A DNA stretch of 61,353 bases, filler included, from Choristocarpus tenellus KU-1152 (Eukaryota > Protista > Phaeophyceae), in NCBI GenBank assembly GCA_964200185.2. It is 10 parts of 10 records of this genome, joined end to end, with 100 filler letters (N's around TTAATTAATTAA, not from the genome) between each part and the next. Parts side by side here need not be neighbours in the genome. Positions count along the whole stretch, not along the records: positions 12,163 to 15,947 come from CAXNAD020017938.1; positions 16,048 to 19,815 come from CAXNAD020018042.1; positions 19,916 to 27,394 come from CAXNAD020006092.1; 7 more parts are not named here. One strand, written 5' to 3'. Of this stretch, positions 13,334 through 26,147 are shown piece after piece (within the stretch, counting starts at the first letter, position 1; every line of letters begins with the position of its first letter). The position numbers and the translations under genes were made by a program. The notes below the pieces were generated by a model. The model saw only the letters and a list, made by a program, of their open reading frames with translations, searched no databases and was not told where the DNA came from.

Positions 13334-15923
13334 CAGCATCTCTGGCTTAGCAATGACCAGCGGGGCAGTCCACACAGGCTCATCATCATCACTGTAGCCA
13401 TCAACACCAACATCAGGACCTGAGATGGATGATATCACACAGAGCATTCAACCCCCCCGAGGATGACGATACAGTCAAAGAACAAAAAACAAAAAAAGAG
13501 ATTCAAAATTGAGGGGACAAGGGTTAGAGCAAGCCTAACACAGCACTTTTAGCTATAACAGGCACGAGGAGGAAAGGGGGGGAAAAGAAGTGTCTGTACT
13601 GTTAGGAAGGCGGATTTTTAGCGTGAGGAGGTCGCATTCTGTGGTTTGTGTTCCCACAACTCAATTTAATATGTCACACCGTGGCCAAAGAGTAACATTA
13701 TCACACTAGAAAAAAAAAAGTGCACACAATCGGGGCTCTCAATCCAAAATTATTTATTCATTTTATTATCAACAGTTCTTTTCTGGGTTTTTTTCCCAAG
13801 AGTTTGCAGGGGCAGGCTGCAAATGCACGTGACAATCAGTATCATTTTTTTCTTCTTCTGGACATCGGGTAGGTTCAACAGTTCAAAAATCCGTTAGAAC
13901 CAGTAGACAAATTTATTGCTACAATCAAACTGATACGTTTTTCTCATACAGAAAAGTGTTATTTTCATACAGAAAAGTGTTATTTTCATATGAAAAAAGT
14001 GTTATTTCATACGAAAAAAAAAAGGTACTGTGCAATTCTCACACATTTTTTTTCTCATACAGAGAGTGTTTTTCATACAAAAAGGTGTGTTTTTACATAC
14101 AAAAAGTACTGTGCAATTCTCACACAAAAAAAAATCATACAAAAAGTTCTATTCTCACACAGAATAGTTTTTTTTTTCATACAAAAATTTCTATTCTCTC
14201 ATACAAAAGATAAACAGTCCAGGAGATTCTTCCTCCCAATAGAATAATAAGAAGTACAACACGAAGAAAACAATAATCAGTATTTTTTTTTTTTATGAAA
14301 CTTAAAATGTCCTGCTGAGATTGTGGGACTTGCATTACTGCAGTGCTTTCGAAGATTTACAAAAATTTTAAAAAAATCAGAGCATAACAACAATTGTTTG
14401 CTAGAGTAGTCAAATGTCAAAACCGCCTTTAAAAAAAAAACTATAGTATGCATATTCTTTAATTGCATACAGTAAGAACACGAGAAAACACTGAATGCAA
14501 ACATCTAATTTCAATAACAATTTTGATTACGTCTATCAACTACACCATTCCTTTATTCCTTCAGCCACGTGTATATACATATGCAAGCGATTATATGTAT
14601 GTGACTATATGTGCATATAAATGTTTATGTGCTTATGTACATACATATCTGTGTGTATTATGTGCGAATACATGTGTAAATAAATGTGTGTTAGTGTGTT
14701 GTGTGTTTTAACCAAAAACATGAATGTGTATGTATTATATATATATATATATTGATGTAAACATCATCTCTCACCAACATCAAAGCCCCCAGATACATTT
14801 CCCCCTCCCTCCAAGGCCTTGAAATGTGCATCTCCAAACGCTCGAGAGACAGCCAGTTCACCCATAACCCTAGAGTAGAATACCACACCTCCTGCAGACT
14901 GAATGCGGCGGCGCTCATCTGGCCTTTTTCAATGTAGAGGTTTTTAGAGTTAGAGTTAGGGTTGGGGTTGGGGTTAGGGTTAGGGAAGTGAAACGATTGA
15001 GGGCAAGTGAAGTGCGTGTACTCAAATAGGAGTTACAATAATAATAATGATAATAAATATAATAATAATGATAATAATTTATGAATGTCATAGGCAACTG
15101 TCATGTATACTTGCAATGGAATTTTTAAAAGAAATATGTAAGATTTTTTTATTGCATTACACGCAATCGTTGCCAATTCTTTTGTAGGAGAAATGTTCAG
15201 AAATCGTTATTATTATTACTATTGTGAATGTACAGTAGTACATACTTTGAAGAAACAAATTAGAAAAAAAAGAAGATTTTTTTTTGGAGGGGGGGAGGGG
15301 GTTAAGTTTGATACTCACGTGTTTGCATTTTCCATTTTCTCATACTATACAGACTACGTATACTAATTTGAATCTCCATGACAGCGTATTTGTTATTTTC
15401 TTAATATCAACGGGTGTTTTTTATGAAGGACATAGTGTGGGGTATTATTGCATCACTACATGACCAAATATATATATATATATATATTTATTTTATTTCC
15501 AAAAAGGCTATACAATTTCCTCACAGATTATAGACACACTAGCAACAAGTTTTAAATAGATACATAAATATTATCACTAAAAAAGTACAATACAAATAGT
15601 GATCATCAAATAATAAAATAATATTTATCATTACAATTAAAAAAGCATTACCAATTTCACCAACCACAATACACAATACATTGGACAACCCCTCTAACAT
15701 CCCTGCTGCCAACATACTCTTACAGATATAGTAGTACATAATAGACTAATAGACTAATACACAAATAGTACATAATAGACTAATAGCTAATAGTATTTAA
15801 TACAAAATACATAATAGACTAATAGTATATAATAGACTTATAATATATAATAGTATACAATAGATACCTATCCGGTTTCTGGTCCAATGTTGCCAATTGT
15901 ATTCCTCCATTTCGTGACAAGAT
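13334..15923 (-). CDS. Protein phosphatase 2C (PPM family), internal part; exons 15923-15868, 14923-14775, 13419-13334
   Basis: Spliced reading ILSRNGGIQLATLDQKPDR|PDERRRIQSAGGVVFYSRVMGELAVSRAFGDAHFK...|...PLVIAKPEML contains the classic PP2C motifs. Splice phases are compatible and introns are GT-AG. Confidence 0.9.
13938..14208. repeat. Degenerate AT-rich ~21-bp minisatellite in PP2C intron
   Basis: Repeated TTTTCATACAGAAAAGTGTTA units plus two copies of GTACTGTGCAATTCTCACACA. Confidence 0.75.
14945..14985 (+). repeat. Short interstitial telomere-like (TTAGGG)n tract
   Basis: TTAGAG TTAGAG TTAGGG TTGGGG TTGGGG TTAGGG TTAGGG. Confidence 0.7.
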
Positions 15924-17101
15924 CTGTGCAAAGGAGAGCAGGGGGGGNNNNNNNNNNNNNNNNNNNNNNNNNNNNNNNNNNNNNNNNNNNNTTAATTAAT
16001 TAANNNNNNNNNNNNNNNNNNNNNNNNNNNNNNNNNNNNNNNNNNNNATGCGCACCCCGTGTAGTTCCAGTCTCCTGGCAGCAGACTTCACCATAGCCCC
16101 GACTCCATCAGACAAGGACTTGCCGTGACAGGAGGCAAAGAAGTTGTGTGTACCGCGGGGCTAAGATCTTTCTTTATACATTTTAGGAATGTCTTGACCT
16201 GGAGATCAGGCGTGGACTCGCGTTGTTCCCAAGCCAGCACAACTCGCCGCGCGCTCGCCAATGGTGCAAATCTGTTTTTCTCATCCAATAACCAAGAGGC
16301 AAGGTCGTTCCAAGCGCGGCCGCTTCCTTCTATCTCTTCTAGACCATTGTTGTTGACAAACATGGAGAGGAAGAGGTCCATGATCTGGTCCGTTTTGGAT
16401 TTCTTCCACGAACGAGTGGCACTGGTCTTGGGCAGTCTCTTTAGCCCCCGTTTCCTGAGTGGGATTCAAACGGGGTTACGATGTGATTTGGTGGGTTTGT
16501 TTCCCTTTGACATTAGTGTTCGATCTTGATGATGCGAACATAGGTAGTACTGCCACTTTGTTCGGGCGAGGGGGCTTGCACAATGTTTGGTCACGAAGTG
16601 TTCCACAGAGTACGGCCCGTGTTGGATGAGACCCAACGTTCAATGCGTAGACAAGGGTATGTTGGATACATCGAGAACTGAAACCGCCCCGCGGTTAGAA
16701 TATCCTGAAAAGGTGTGCATTGCGTATGCGGGCACTCGTGAGCCACATCAAAAATGTTCTCAATACATCCCATATGAAGCATGTAGGACGAAGTGAATTG
16801 AGGTAGTTTATCAAACGGTAGAGTGTGTGTTTTGATCTGATGTTTTGGGGAAACAGTTGACAAATGCTTGGTGGGTGTCGGCCTAGATAATATTGGCGGA
16901 TGTACGTACTACAACTGACGTGTTCTGTCGAACGGTAAACTATTGAGTAGGGAGGGCTTTGTGGTGGAAGGGATAATGAACGTTTCATGTGGTATCGGTC
17001 TATACATATCCCCAGATGCAAATACCATTGTACGTGCCTCTTTCTCTACAGGGGATATGAGATTGCGCTTGAATTTTTGGAAAGTCGAGGACGATGGATT
17101 G

Positions 17102-17286
17102 GAGGCGTGTGGCTTCTAATAAGTTGGTATGTGGACCGCAGCAACTTTTGCCATACTTTGCCGTACGGTAAAGTATGGCAAAAATGACATGAGGCGTGAG
17201 GCTTCAAATAAGTTGGTATATGGACTGCCGCAACTTTTGCCATACTTTGTCGTACGATAAAGTATGTGGCAAAAATGACATGAGGC
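17102..17286. repeat. Two 89-bp tandem units, each containing a ~38-bp palindrome
   Basis: Units start GAGGCGTG at 17102 and 17191. Hairpin TTTTGCCATACTTT-GCCGTACGGT-AAAGTATGGCAAAA at 17146-17183. Confidence 0.9.
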
Positions 17287-17436
17287 AAGTGGATGAAGGA
17301 AGAGCAAAACATGTGTTGGCATCATTTCATTATTGTGTAAGGGTCAAGGACGGTGCGAGGGTTGTCGCACAGGGTTAGGGTTGGCACAGGTGTTAGGGTT
17401 GGGATTGGAAACAGAAACTGGAAGGAACATCGTTTA

Positions 17437-17696
17437 GAGTCAAAGTATCTTGGAGGGTAGAGCCGCGTCCGTTTGGCGACCAAAATCCAATGTTGAAATG
17501 TTGATGTAATTTTGACTTATCGTGTTTGGTAGGAAGTGTCAATATCCATGTTCCGGACACACCTTTTTACAAGATCAACATTTTACCTACTCCGAAATGT
17601 TTCGGAGTTGGTAAATTGTCGCAAAAAACCCATGGGAAGCCACGCCCCAAATGGACAAACAGGGCAAAACTCCTACCCTCTAAGATACTTTCACTC
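17437..17696. mobile_element. PIF/Harbinger-type MITE A1, complete (260 bp), TTA TSD
   Basis: TIRs GAGTCAAAGTATCTTGGAGGGTAG / CTACCCTCTAAGATACTTTCACTC, flanked by TTA on both sides. Confidence 0.85.
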
Positions 17697-18560
17697 TTAG
17701 TTCTGATACATATCGGAATCCAGGTATCGGAGGACACAAACTTCGTCATTAAGTTTCGTTCTGCTCTTGATGGGAGGACGTGTGTATCACCGGTTCGGAG
17801 CTACGGTGGAACTGGTGAACACCACATGTCTCTGATTTTGATGCAAATGTGTGATTTCTGAAGGATATGGTGACCATATGCTTCGCTACGCCTAGTAGTC
17901 TTCAAGCGCTAATCCCTCTTTCAGGTAATTTCAGAACGCACAGGCTACATTGGAGTGTGTCTAGCTGCGACGGAGGCCTGGCCTTGCCTTTGGGATGTCC
18001 TGGGGTCTACCCCTCCGGAGTCCACGAGTTCATTCCCGTTGTTAGCCAGATCACCTAGTGGCTGACGGGTGGCCAGCGTACATCTGCCGAGCGATGTGTA
18101 TGTGGTCCTCTCGAAGAACTGCGAAAATGATTCCTCTATATTGTCCAGGCCCGTTGGTTTGTTGTCGAGAGAGTGAGCGAGTGTGGGGTTTGTCGCATAT
18201 GTGGTTGTTATACACTATATTATAATTATTCAAAGTGTAAATATAAGAAAAAAAGATGCAAACTCAAAGTTTTGACCCTCTCGCACTAATGAAGAAATAG
18301 CGGATGGAGAGTTACAAATATATATATATACATTTTTATGTATATATTTGTTCTAGTTCAACGCCGTCATAGACATACATAGAAATTTCAATACATCTGT
18401 GAAGAGAGAAAAATTCCCTCTATTAAATCTCCTATTGATTCCCAAGGAAAAGGAACACCCGAACTAGACTGTTCAGAACCCCAATATATATATACTACAA
18501 TTTAATAGGGGTACAACATTCATTAAAGACATATGTTCTTTCGTTGACCAGGGTTAGATT

Positions 18561-19767
18561 GTCATACAACCGACAAGCAAAAAGAGGTCGAACAGGTCAC
18601 AATTCCTTCATCAAGGGAAACTAGGTGCGTATCCGAGTGAAAGTATCTTAGAGGGTGCGAGTTTTGACCTGTTTGTCCATTTGTGGCTTGGTTTCCCTCT
18701 GGGTTTCTTATGACATTTTCCTACTCCAAAATATATCGGAGTAGGCAAATTATATACGTAAGGAAAAGGTGTCCGGAACAAGGATGTTGACACTTCTTAA
18801 CAAACATGATAGCCAAAATCACATCAAAATCGCAACATTTTATTTTGGTCCCCAAATGGACGCGGCTCTACCTTCTAAGATACTTTGGCTCTTCTACAAG
18901 GATCGGGCTCGTCTGTCGCTATCCGTCGCTAAACACCGGGTGTGTCGGAAGGGAAAAAGACGACAGGACTTCCTATTCATGCAAGGTGATCAGGTGCGTA
19001 CGGCTCGAGGATGATGTGAACCGACCGCGACATGCCATCCTCTCTGGCTGGGCCTGACTCGATGCGCAAAACATTTTCTCTCTCTCCTTCTGTGTGTCTC
19101 CCCTGTCCCATTTCCAACATGCCCACCCGATGCAGACATCACGCAATCAATTGAGAGGCTTAGTCCAATCACCGAACGCCGCCATGCCTCCAAAGGGAAC
19201 CAGAAGGTGAGTCCCCATACAAGAAACGTTCACCCTTTGTGCAGCCTATACGGAAGCGTTTCTGAATGACCAATATCGCAAACACACCATCATGATTTAG
19301 CGCCTTTGGCGGATGTTGTGGCTTTCGTCCATTCATATAGCATGTATTAGCATGTGGCTGACATGATGGTGTACCCAAGCGGCTGTATGACACCCTAGTC
19401 ACGACCCCTAACCCAAACATTGTCGCATAGCGTGCCATACCAAACATGCCCATCCGGGGTCGAGCCTTCCTCGTCTACCGGCCATTAGCAACATGTAACG
19501 TATCCAGCCAATTCCTATGTACGCGTTCCTCTCGATAGAGAGTTCCAACATGTCTTGTATTTGGCTTTGGCGAAAGCATGAACATGCCCCTCCCGTTAGG
19601 AATTATCTCGTTATTGCTTTCTTAATGTATAGCCCAAATTCGGGTTAGGCCTAGACGGCGTTGCTGTTCACCACGCTACATCGATTCACATTAGATAGCC
19701 CATACAAACAGACACGACACAGACAGGGTTCTATTTACATTCCCTCGCAATTTCAATACAGTGCAAA
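18561..19767. mobile_element. Dispersed ~1-kb repeat E, copy 1 (inverted copy at 60259-61210)
   Basis: Colinear reverse-complement similarity; both copies give SCKVIRCVRLEDDV.RPRH in translation. Interrupted by a MITE at 18635 and ends at a MITE at 19768. Confidence 0.8.
18635..18891. mobile_element. MITE A1, complete, nested in repeat E
   Basis: GAGTGAAAGTATCTTAGAGGG...CTAAGATACTTTGGCTC; absent from the other E copy. Confidence 0.85.
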
Positions 19768-19815
19768 GGGTCAAAGTATCTGGGGGGGGGTGTCGGCGTC
19801 CGTTTTTCACCCTTT
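19768..19815. mobile_element. MITE A3 left end, cut by contig end
   Basis: GGGTCAAAGTATCT-polyG-CGTCCGTTTTTCACCC. Confidence 0.75.
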
Positions 19816-19989
19816 NNNNNNNNNNNNNNNNNNNNNNNNNNNNNNNNNNNNNNNNNNNNTTAATTAATTAANNNNNNNNNNNNNNNNNNNNNNNNNNNNN
19901 NNNNNNNNNNNNNNNCTCACTCGGTACCACGGTATAACGGTATATATCATACGAGCAATACGGTATAATAACAGACCAACATGCTTTCC

Positions 19990-20125
19990 ACACATGTCGT
20001 AAAGTATATATTTTACCGACTTTGTAACGTTTTGGAGTAGGAAATACCATAAAAAAAACTCATGGTAAGCTAGCCCCAAATGGACAAACAGGGCAAAACT
20101 CGTGCCCTCTAACATACTTTCACTC
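19990..20125. mobile_element. MITE A1, right half
   Basis: CCCCAAATGGACAAACAGGGCAAAACTCG...ATACTTTCACTC; left boundary approximate. Confidence 0.7.
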
Positions 20126-20248
20126 TCGTATCAATAACAAAAAAAAGTACCCCATGTATAAACAGCTGATACGTCGTTCTTGTGTCCTCCAATATTTCAA
20201 GTCAATGTCTCTACCAATTCCACATTTCCACTACCTTCAACAAAGGAC

Positions 20249-23200
20249 ATGTTATCTCCTACTGCGAGGGGAAGCATCTTGTACTTTTTCTGTGAAGGGG
20301 TATATGCAATTACCCTACCCTTTTTGCCTCTAATTTGGAGCAGCAAGGGACTCACAAGTAAGCTCGGAGAGACCCATCCTGTTAACATGTTTTGGGGATC
20401 ACTAATCTGTAACAATGCTTATCCGTACCGCCTTACACCTCTTCCCGCCATATCATTGTCCACGTACTTGTATATCCAACCCCTCTTTCCCAGCATTGCT
20501 CTTCCTTTCAAGCTCCATACAAGTGATAGAATACAACATCTTGTGACTTTCCACAGGATGATGTGCAACGTGTAACCAGGAATAACCAACTGACGCCGAT
20601 CATTTGTTATATCTCTTCCTGTCACGATATACTCTTGCACGCCCTTTCGCAGAGCGTGAGGTAGGAATCGTTGGCGCCATCTCGCCAATAGCACTGCTTT
20701 TCAACCCGTTTCTGTGCTCCCTCGCTGACCGCTACAAGATCCACAAAAAGGTTTGAGGTTACGGAGGGTTTGCTGTAGACATATTTCAATCACATCCTCG
20801 CATGGTCTGTCGACTACCTGAACAAAGCGATGGGTTCGTTGGAGTCAAATACTCACTTAGTGTATCTTGAAGAATTGCTGATGCCAACACTCACACCTTT
20901 CTGGTCCCAATACAACAGACGTAAGGAGTATGATTGTGTCCTCCACCCCCTCCTGTTCTCGTCCTAATTCGCATTCCATCCTCGATGCGAGATATTTGAC
21001 TTGGCCGCCTGATCGTTATGGACCCCACGATAGACCAATACCTCAATGTAACATAATCTGATCAAAGCTCAAAATGGTCTTCACTTCTTTACTGAATCCG
21101 TCTTGTCTACAATGCCTCCTTCTGCGTACCCGTGCCCTTTCTGCTTTCAGATGCTCCGTACATCTCTCTTGCTTTGGGGTTTATTTGGCACGTCCGTGAT
21201 CTTCGCGAGAAACTTTTTAGCCGTGGTTTTGATAGAGACTGCCTCAGGGGTGTCCACCAGTCCGACTGCCGGCCTCATTAATACCTGCATTATCAAAGCA
21301 TATGGCTCAAAATTGTGAGGAGAATTTTCATTTCACAGACAGAAGGAATAGAGCAGAATATCATCCTGTTTGTAATTGACTTCATTTTCTCCCTTCCTAT
21401 GTCAACATAGGACTGCGAACTAGTAGTTGAGGTCATATATGTGTGGCCAATAACTTTGGGCTATGGACCTGTTGTAGTAGCAAGTGAGTGTATGAGCCAA
21501 GTTGCGGAAACGCAGCCAGAAAGGAGTCATTTTTGTTTTCTAATACTCATATCTTAGTTTAATGTATGGATCGGGAAACTCTGATTCAATTTGGGTAAAT
21601 GCTTTGTATCACATGAGATGTTACATATGTTGAACTCATAACTCATTGTTGCTGTATGCACTTCTCTGGAAAGAACACAGGCTTAGGGGACACTCTACAT
21701 TAATCTTTTTAGTCCTCTCAGCTCTTACATGGCATATTTATTTGGGAGGGTCATCCCAATCCTGCACGCTCCCTGAATGAGGGTTAATTGGCCTTGAAGG
21801 TTGGTGACATTTTTTTTTAATCCTTTTGACATTAGATACTGCATATATATGTTGGACTTTGTGATACTGTAAAATATTTGTACCTTACTGCTGCCAGCCC
21901 AATTTATTTTTTCCTCGCCATCCAATCTGCCCTAAACCGGTATGACTCTAACTTTCCCTCTTGTGATAGGTATACAGTTCAACGGACATGGGGAGCAGTT
22001 GGGGGGGCAGTTTTTGGACTTGCCTCGGGGTTCGTCGCTGGTACAAAGGCAGGGTTCACTGGTGTCATAGTGATGATTGCAGGACTAATAATCATTGTCA
22101 TTTTATCTGTGGGTTTACTGCCGGAGGACAATATGCACTACCATCATCAGCCCAACTCTGAGAAACAGGACAGGTACATTATGTAGGATGAGGTGGGCAA
22201 GGTATATTTGGGAAATAATTGCTCTGTTTGGGCATAAGGATAACCTGCAAACTTGAATAGAAGAGACAAAGTGTTTTGTCAATGCGTGCAAAAAGGCACT
22301 GTTTGGAGATCAGACACTGTGCCTCAAATGGCCACCACAAGCATTGCCTTGTGCGTTGGATGTTATGAAATGGATTGGCTCAACCTTGCTGAACAACAGA
22401 GCTCGGCTGATGATTCAGTGGTCACAAGGTCGTTCAGGGCAGCGGACATTTGGAGCAAATGAGGGCTCAGTGTTGTTGTTATTGTTATGATTTTTTTTGC
22501 AAAGTGTGAGAGGGGTTCCAGACTTGTGGTCAAACGATTGTCAGAGGAAAGTGATACATATTACTCGAGACAATACAAGTGCTATACCACATGATGGAGG
22601 AAAGAAAGATGATAAAGAGCTAGCGCAGGTATATAAGGTAGATATTGAGTAGCTCGTTTTTAGTGTACTGATAACCCAACATTTGGGATAGAATGCCAAT
22701 AGCATCATTACTAGATGACAATTGTACGGGTGAGTATATATCGGAACCAGCTTTTGGGTCTGTTGCAGAATGAGAAGCTACCATATCTCCTCTACACATT
22801 AACGGCCACACACTCTAGTACTTCACCTTCCACCAATACATCTTTACCACCACAATTGATTTCAGGGCAACAGAGTTGTCGGGGGAGGGAACTGCGGTGG
22901 CTGGGGACACCAGTGTCATATCAGCAATTCGACTCATACTGGGTTCACCACAAATTGCATCATTCTATGCTTCATCTTTCCTGAGTGGGGCAGGAAAAGT
23001 CATCATCGATACGTTTCTCTTTATCAGGTATTGAGGGGTGCCTATGAGTGGTGTTGAGTTGCAGCAAGGCTGGACTAGCAATCTTCAGTGGCCTTTGACC
23101 GGGTTAAATTATCTGGGGGGGAATGTTGGCGTCCGTTTTTCACCCTTTTTTCGATTTTCATTTTTTTTGGTGTGATTTGGTCGCACATGTTGGATTTGAA

Positions 23201-26147
23201 ATGTCAGCAAAAAAAGAGTTGTTTGACCGAAACGGACGCCCCATCACAAACCAATCCCCTCCCCCACAGATACTTTGACCCACTCTCTTTTACCAGTGGT
23301 GTTGATGTTTTTCTGTATTGTGATACCCATGACACAAGTCAATATGATGACAGTAAAGATGAGTGCACCTGATTTTTCTAATTGTTTCAGTGCTATTCGT
23401 CATTGACTCCTTGCCTGCTGGAGGCCTCTTGTCTTTGTCAAGTGAAGGCTTGGGATTACCGCGAAGTATGTAGTGTGTATGGTCCAAGCAACAAGGTCGT
23501 CTTTGTCATACTACATCACAAAAAGGTATGTTCTCTATGCATGGGAAGGACATGGCCAACACAGTCCATTTTTTACTACTCCAGAGTAGAACTTGAAATG
23601 CCCGCACTTTCAACACACTTTTTCTGCCTTACTGTAACCTGTCAGGATTGCTGAGCTAGGAGGGCTCGGTATGGTGATGGGGTTTGCAAAGTTGATGATG
23701 TATGTGGGCGAGCTACCATGTATGTACTTCTCTGGGCTGCTGATAGAAAAGTGAGATGATCGCCTGTTTTCTATTCTGGAGTATTATGTCAGAGTGGGGT
23801 CGATATGGTCTAGATGCAAGCAGGGTGTGTGAGTGTTTATAATGTTGGTGACAGTGATGACAATGTCTTCACTTAATTCAATTGTGTTAAGCACATAGGA
23901 TAGTACTGCAATAGCAAGTGCTGAGAGTTTGATTAAGTAGAGTTTTGTTGCATTTGTACTTGGGGGTATGCAGTACGACCCAAGTTGTTACTGGGAAGCA
24001 AGAGTGTTACCCTCTAGCATCTTGTTCCCACGGTATCAAATACCCAACTCTGTAGACAGATTGACATGGTCGCCAAAGTCATAAGGACGTAGGACAAGAA
24101 ACAACAAGACCCTCACCGTTCCGTGGATGTATGACTCAAAGGCAAGAGTGTGACAAATCTTGGATGAGCTTCACTGTACTGATCCTAACTGAATGAAGTA
24201 CTCTGCCAATGGTATGAGCTGATGTGAATGTAATATTGTCGGTTTTCCTCACGGTCTTCCTGTACCACCTTTCTATTTTATGCCTCACTATGTAAATAGC
24301 CTGGGTGCAATGTTTGGCTGTATTGATTGTACTTTCCATCTTGTGAGTGTTTCAATCATGCTTCCCGCAACAGAATGCACATGTTTCCCATGGAAGATAT
24401 GATGAGAAATACTAGGGTTGAGAAGGTATGATGGGGGGTGATACAAGACGAACTGTTCAGATCGTTTCAAAATACATGCATTGAATTATGACTCATGCCA
24501 TTTGAGAGGGTAAATATTTTTCCCTGTTTTTTCGGGGCTTGAAATATTGTGCCGAAACAGGTCTTTTTGAAGCCCTTTTTTCGTTTTACTCTATTCCGGA
24601 TTTGGTTAAATGTACAGGAATTGTCCGTTTTGAAGCCCATTCTTCCGTTTTACTCTGTTTCAGATTTGGTGACATCTAAATCACAACACCGAACAATGAC
24701 TCCGAACTGGCACCTGTCACTCCCTGTAAAGTGGTATGGCTCTGGTTGTGTGAAAGATTGTGTTGGAGACCAATGGCGTAGAGAAGCAAATGTGATTGTG
24801 TTCAATAGAACAGTAGTATAGCATTGGCTTATCAATTTTAAGGTATGAATGGTTATGTTGTGTAGTATAGGTAGAAGAGTTTACCCTTAGGCACATGGAG
24901 ACTGGTGTCCAATGGACAACAGACTGGTGATGAACAACCAATAGATTGATGATTGAGATGGAATGGCATGAAGAGTTTTTTGTTGTTGTCAGGAATGACC
25001 CTCTCCATACGGTGGGTGAGTTCTCTCCTCCTTTTCCTTCTCTCCACCCTACCAAGGAAACAATCAATACAACTGATTATGTGTACGTCGTGGAAACATC
25101 AGCTTCTGTACCACATTGGCTCGGTGTAGCATGTATATCGTCCCATTTATGCAAGAGTTGCTGTTTGCACGGAGTATCCTCTCTTTGGTGCCCTTCAAAT
25201 CTTAATTGCATTCATCTTGGCATGGCTACTCTTGGCATATCAAACTCTCCTTTGTACAGAACTGATGTATGATTGTCTCCCTATGCCCGAGCATGCAACT
25301 GACTTACTTCCTATCCATTGGCGTGTGCACTTCACACAATAGGGCTGGTTTTAGGGGGGCAATGGCACTGACCGAAGTGGCCTTTATTATCCGCTTCACC
25401 TACTACTCGCAGTTGCGGAACCCCTGGATGATTCTTCCGGTTGAGCTGCTGCACGGCCTGACCTATGCACTAATGTGGTCGGTCACTGTCCAATATGCTG
25501 ACCATATTGCACCATGTAAGTTGCATTGTTACGCATATTCCTTGCTTACAAGTCCCTCTGGATTAGTCCTCTTTCCCTGACACACAGACCTTCTCCCTTG
25601 GATTGCACAGTTTGATCCATCTCTCAATTATGACCTGTATACGTAGGAAACAACATTGAGTGTCAGATGTGGGCATGTCTTGTACTGCATGGAATACTTA
25701 CATTCAAGTATGTACATTGACTACTTGATTGAATAGGTACTGCTCCGTTATTTTTGTCACAATTCTGCTACAGGTGGGATTTATCATCAGGTTCAAAATA
25801 GAATGTTTCTAACCCAGCCCTCATCCCCCTGCTGCATTTCCCTCCTGAAAGCACATCTCAAGGCCACCATGCAGGGATTAACTTGCAGCATTGTTAAGGG
25901 CTTGGGTGGTGGATTTGGGGCGATACTTGGGGGGTTTCTCTACTATAAAGTTGGGGCTTCCCTTTTATTTGCATACTCTGCTATTCTGCCATCAGTGGCA
26001 CTTCTCCTGCTGATAGGAGATGAGCGTGTTGATGTGCAAGAGGATTGTGAGAGAGCAGAAGAATACAGTGCCCATGCAACCTCAGAATCTACACAGTTTA
26101 GCAACAAAATGGTTGTAGAACAAGAACTTACATTACTAGCAGAATGA
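20249..26147 (+). CDS. MFS transporter (MFS_1-like / MFSD6-type), apparently complete; exons 20249-20357, 20653-20750, 21151-21314, 21970-22173, 22866-23027, 23646-23750, 25343-25515, 25852-26147
   Basis: Phase-consistent GT-AG model from MLSPTARGSILYFF through LPFLPL, SLADRYKIHKK, YTVQRTWGAVG, GELPCMYFSG, LPVELLHGLTYALMW and KATMQG...GLGGGFGAILGG to TGA. Multiple hydrophobic helices. A small missed exon cannot be excluded. Confidence 0.88.
23101..23281. mobile_element. MITE A3, complete (181 bp), intronic
   Basis: GGGTTAAATTATCTG...CAGATACTTTGACCC; flanks ACC/ACT. Confidence 0.8.

Noticed and set aside
14691-14918. ORF MSAAAFSLQEVW...
   Set aside because: Wrong frame; the PP2C motifs lie in another frame of the same exon.
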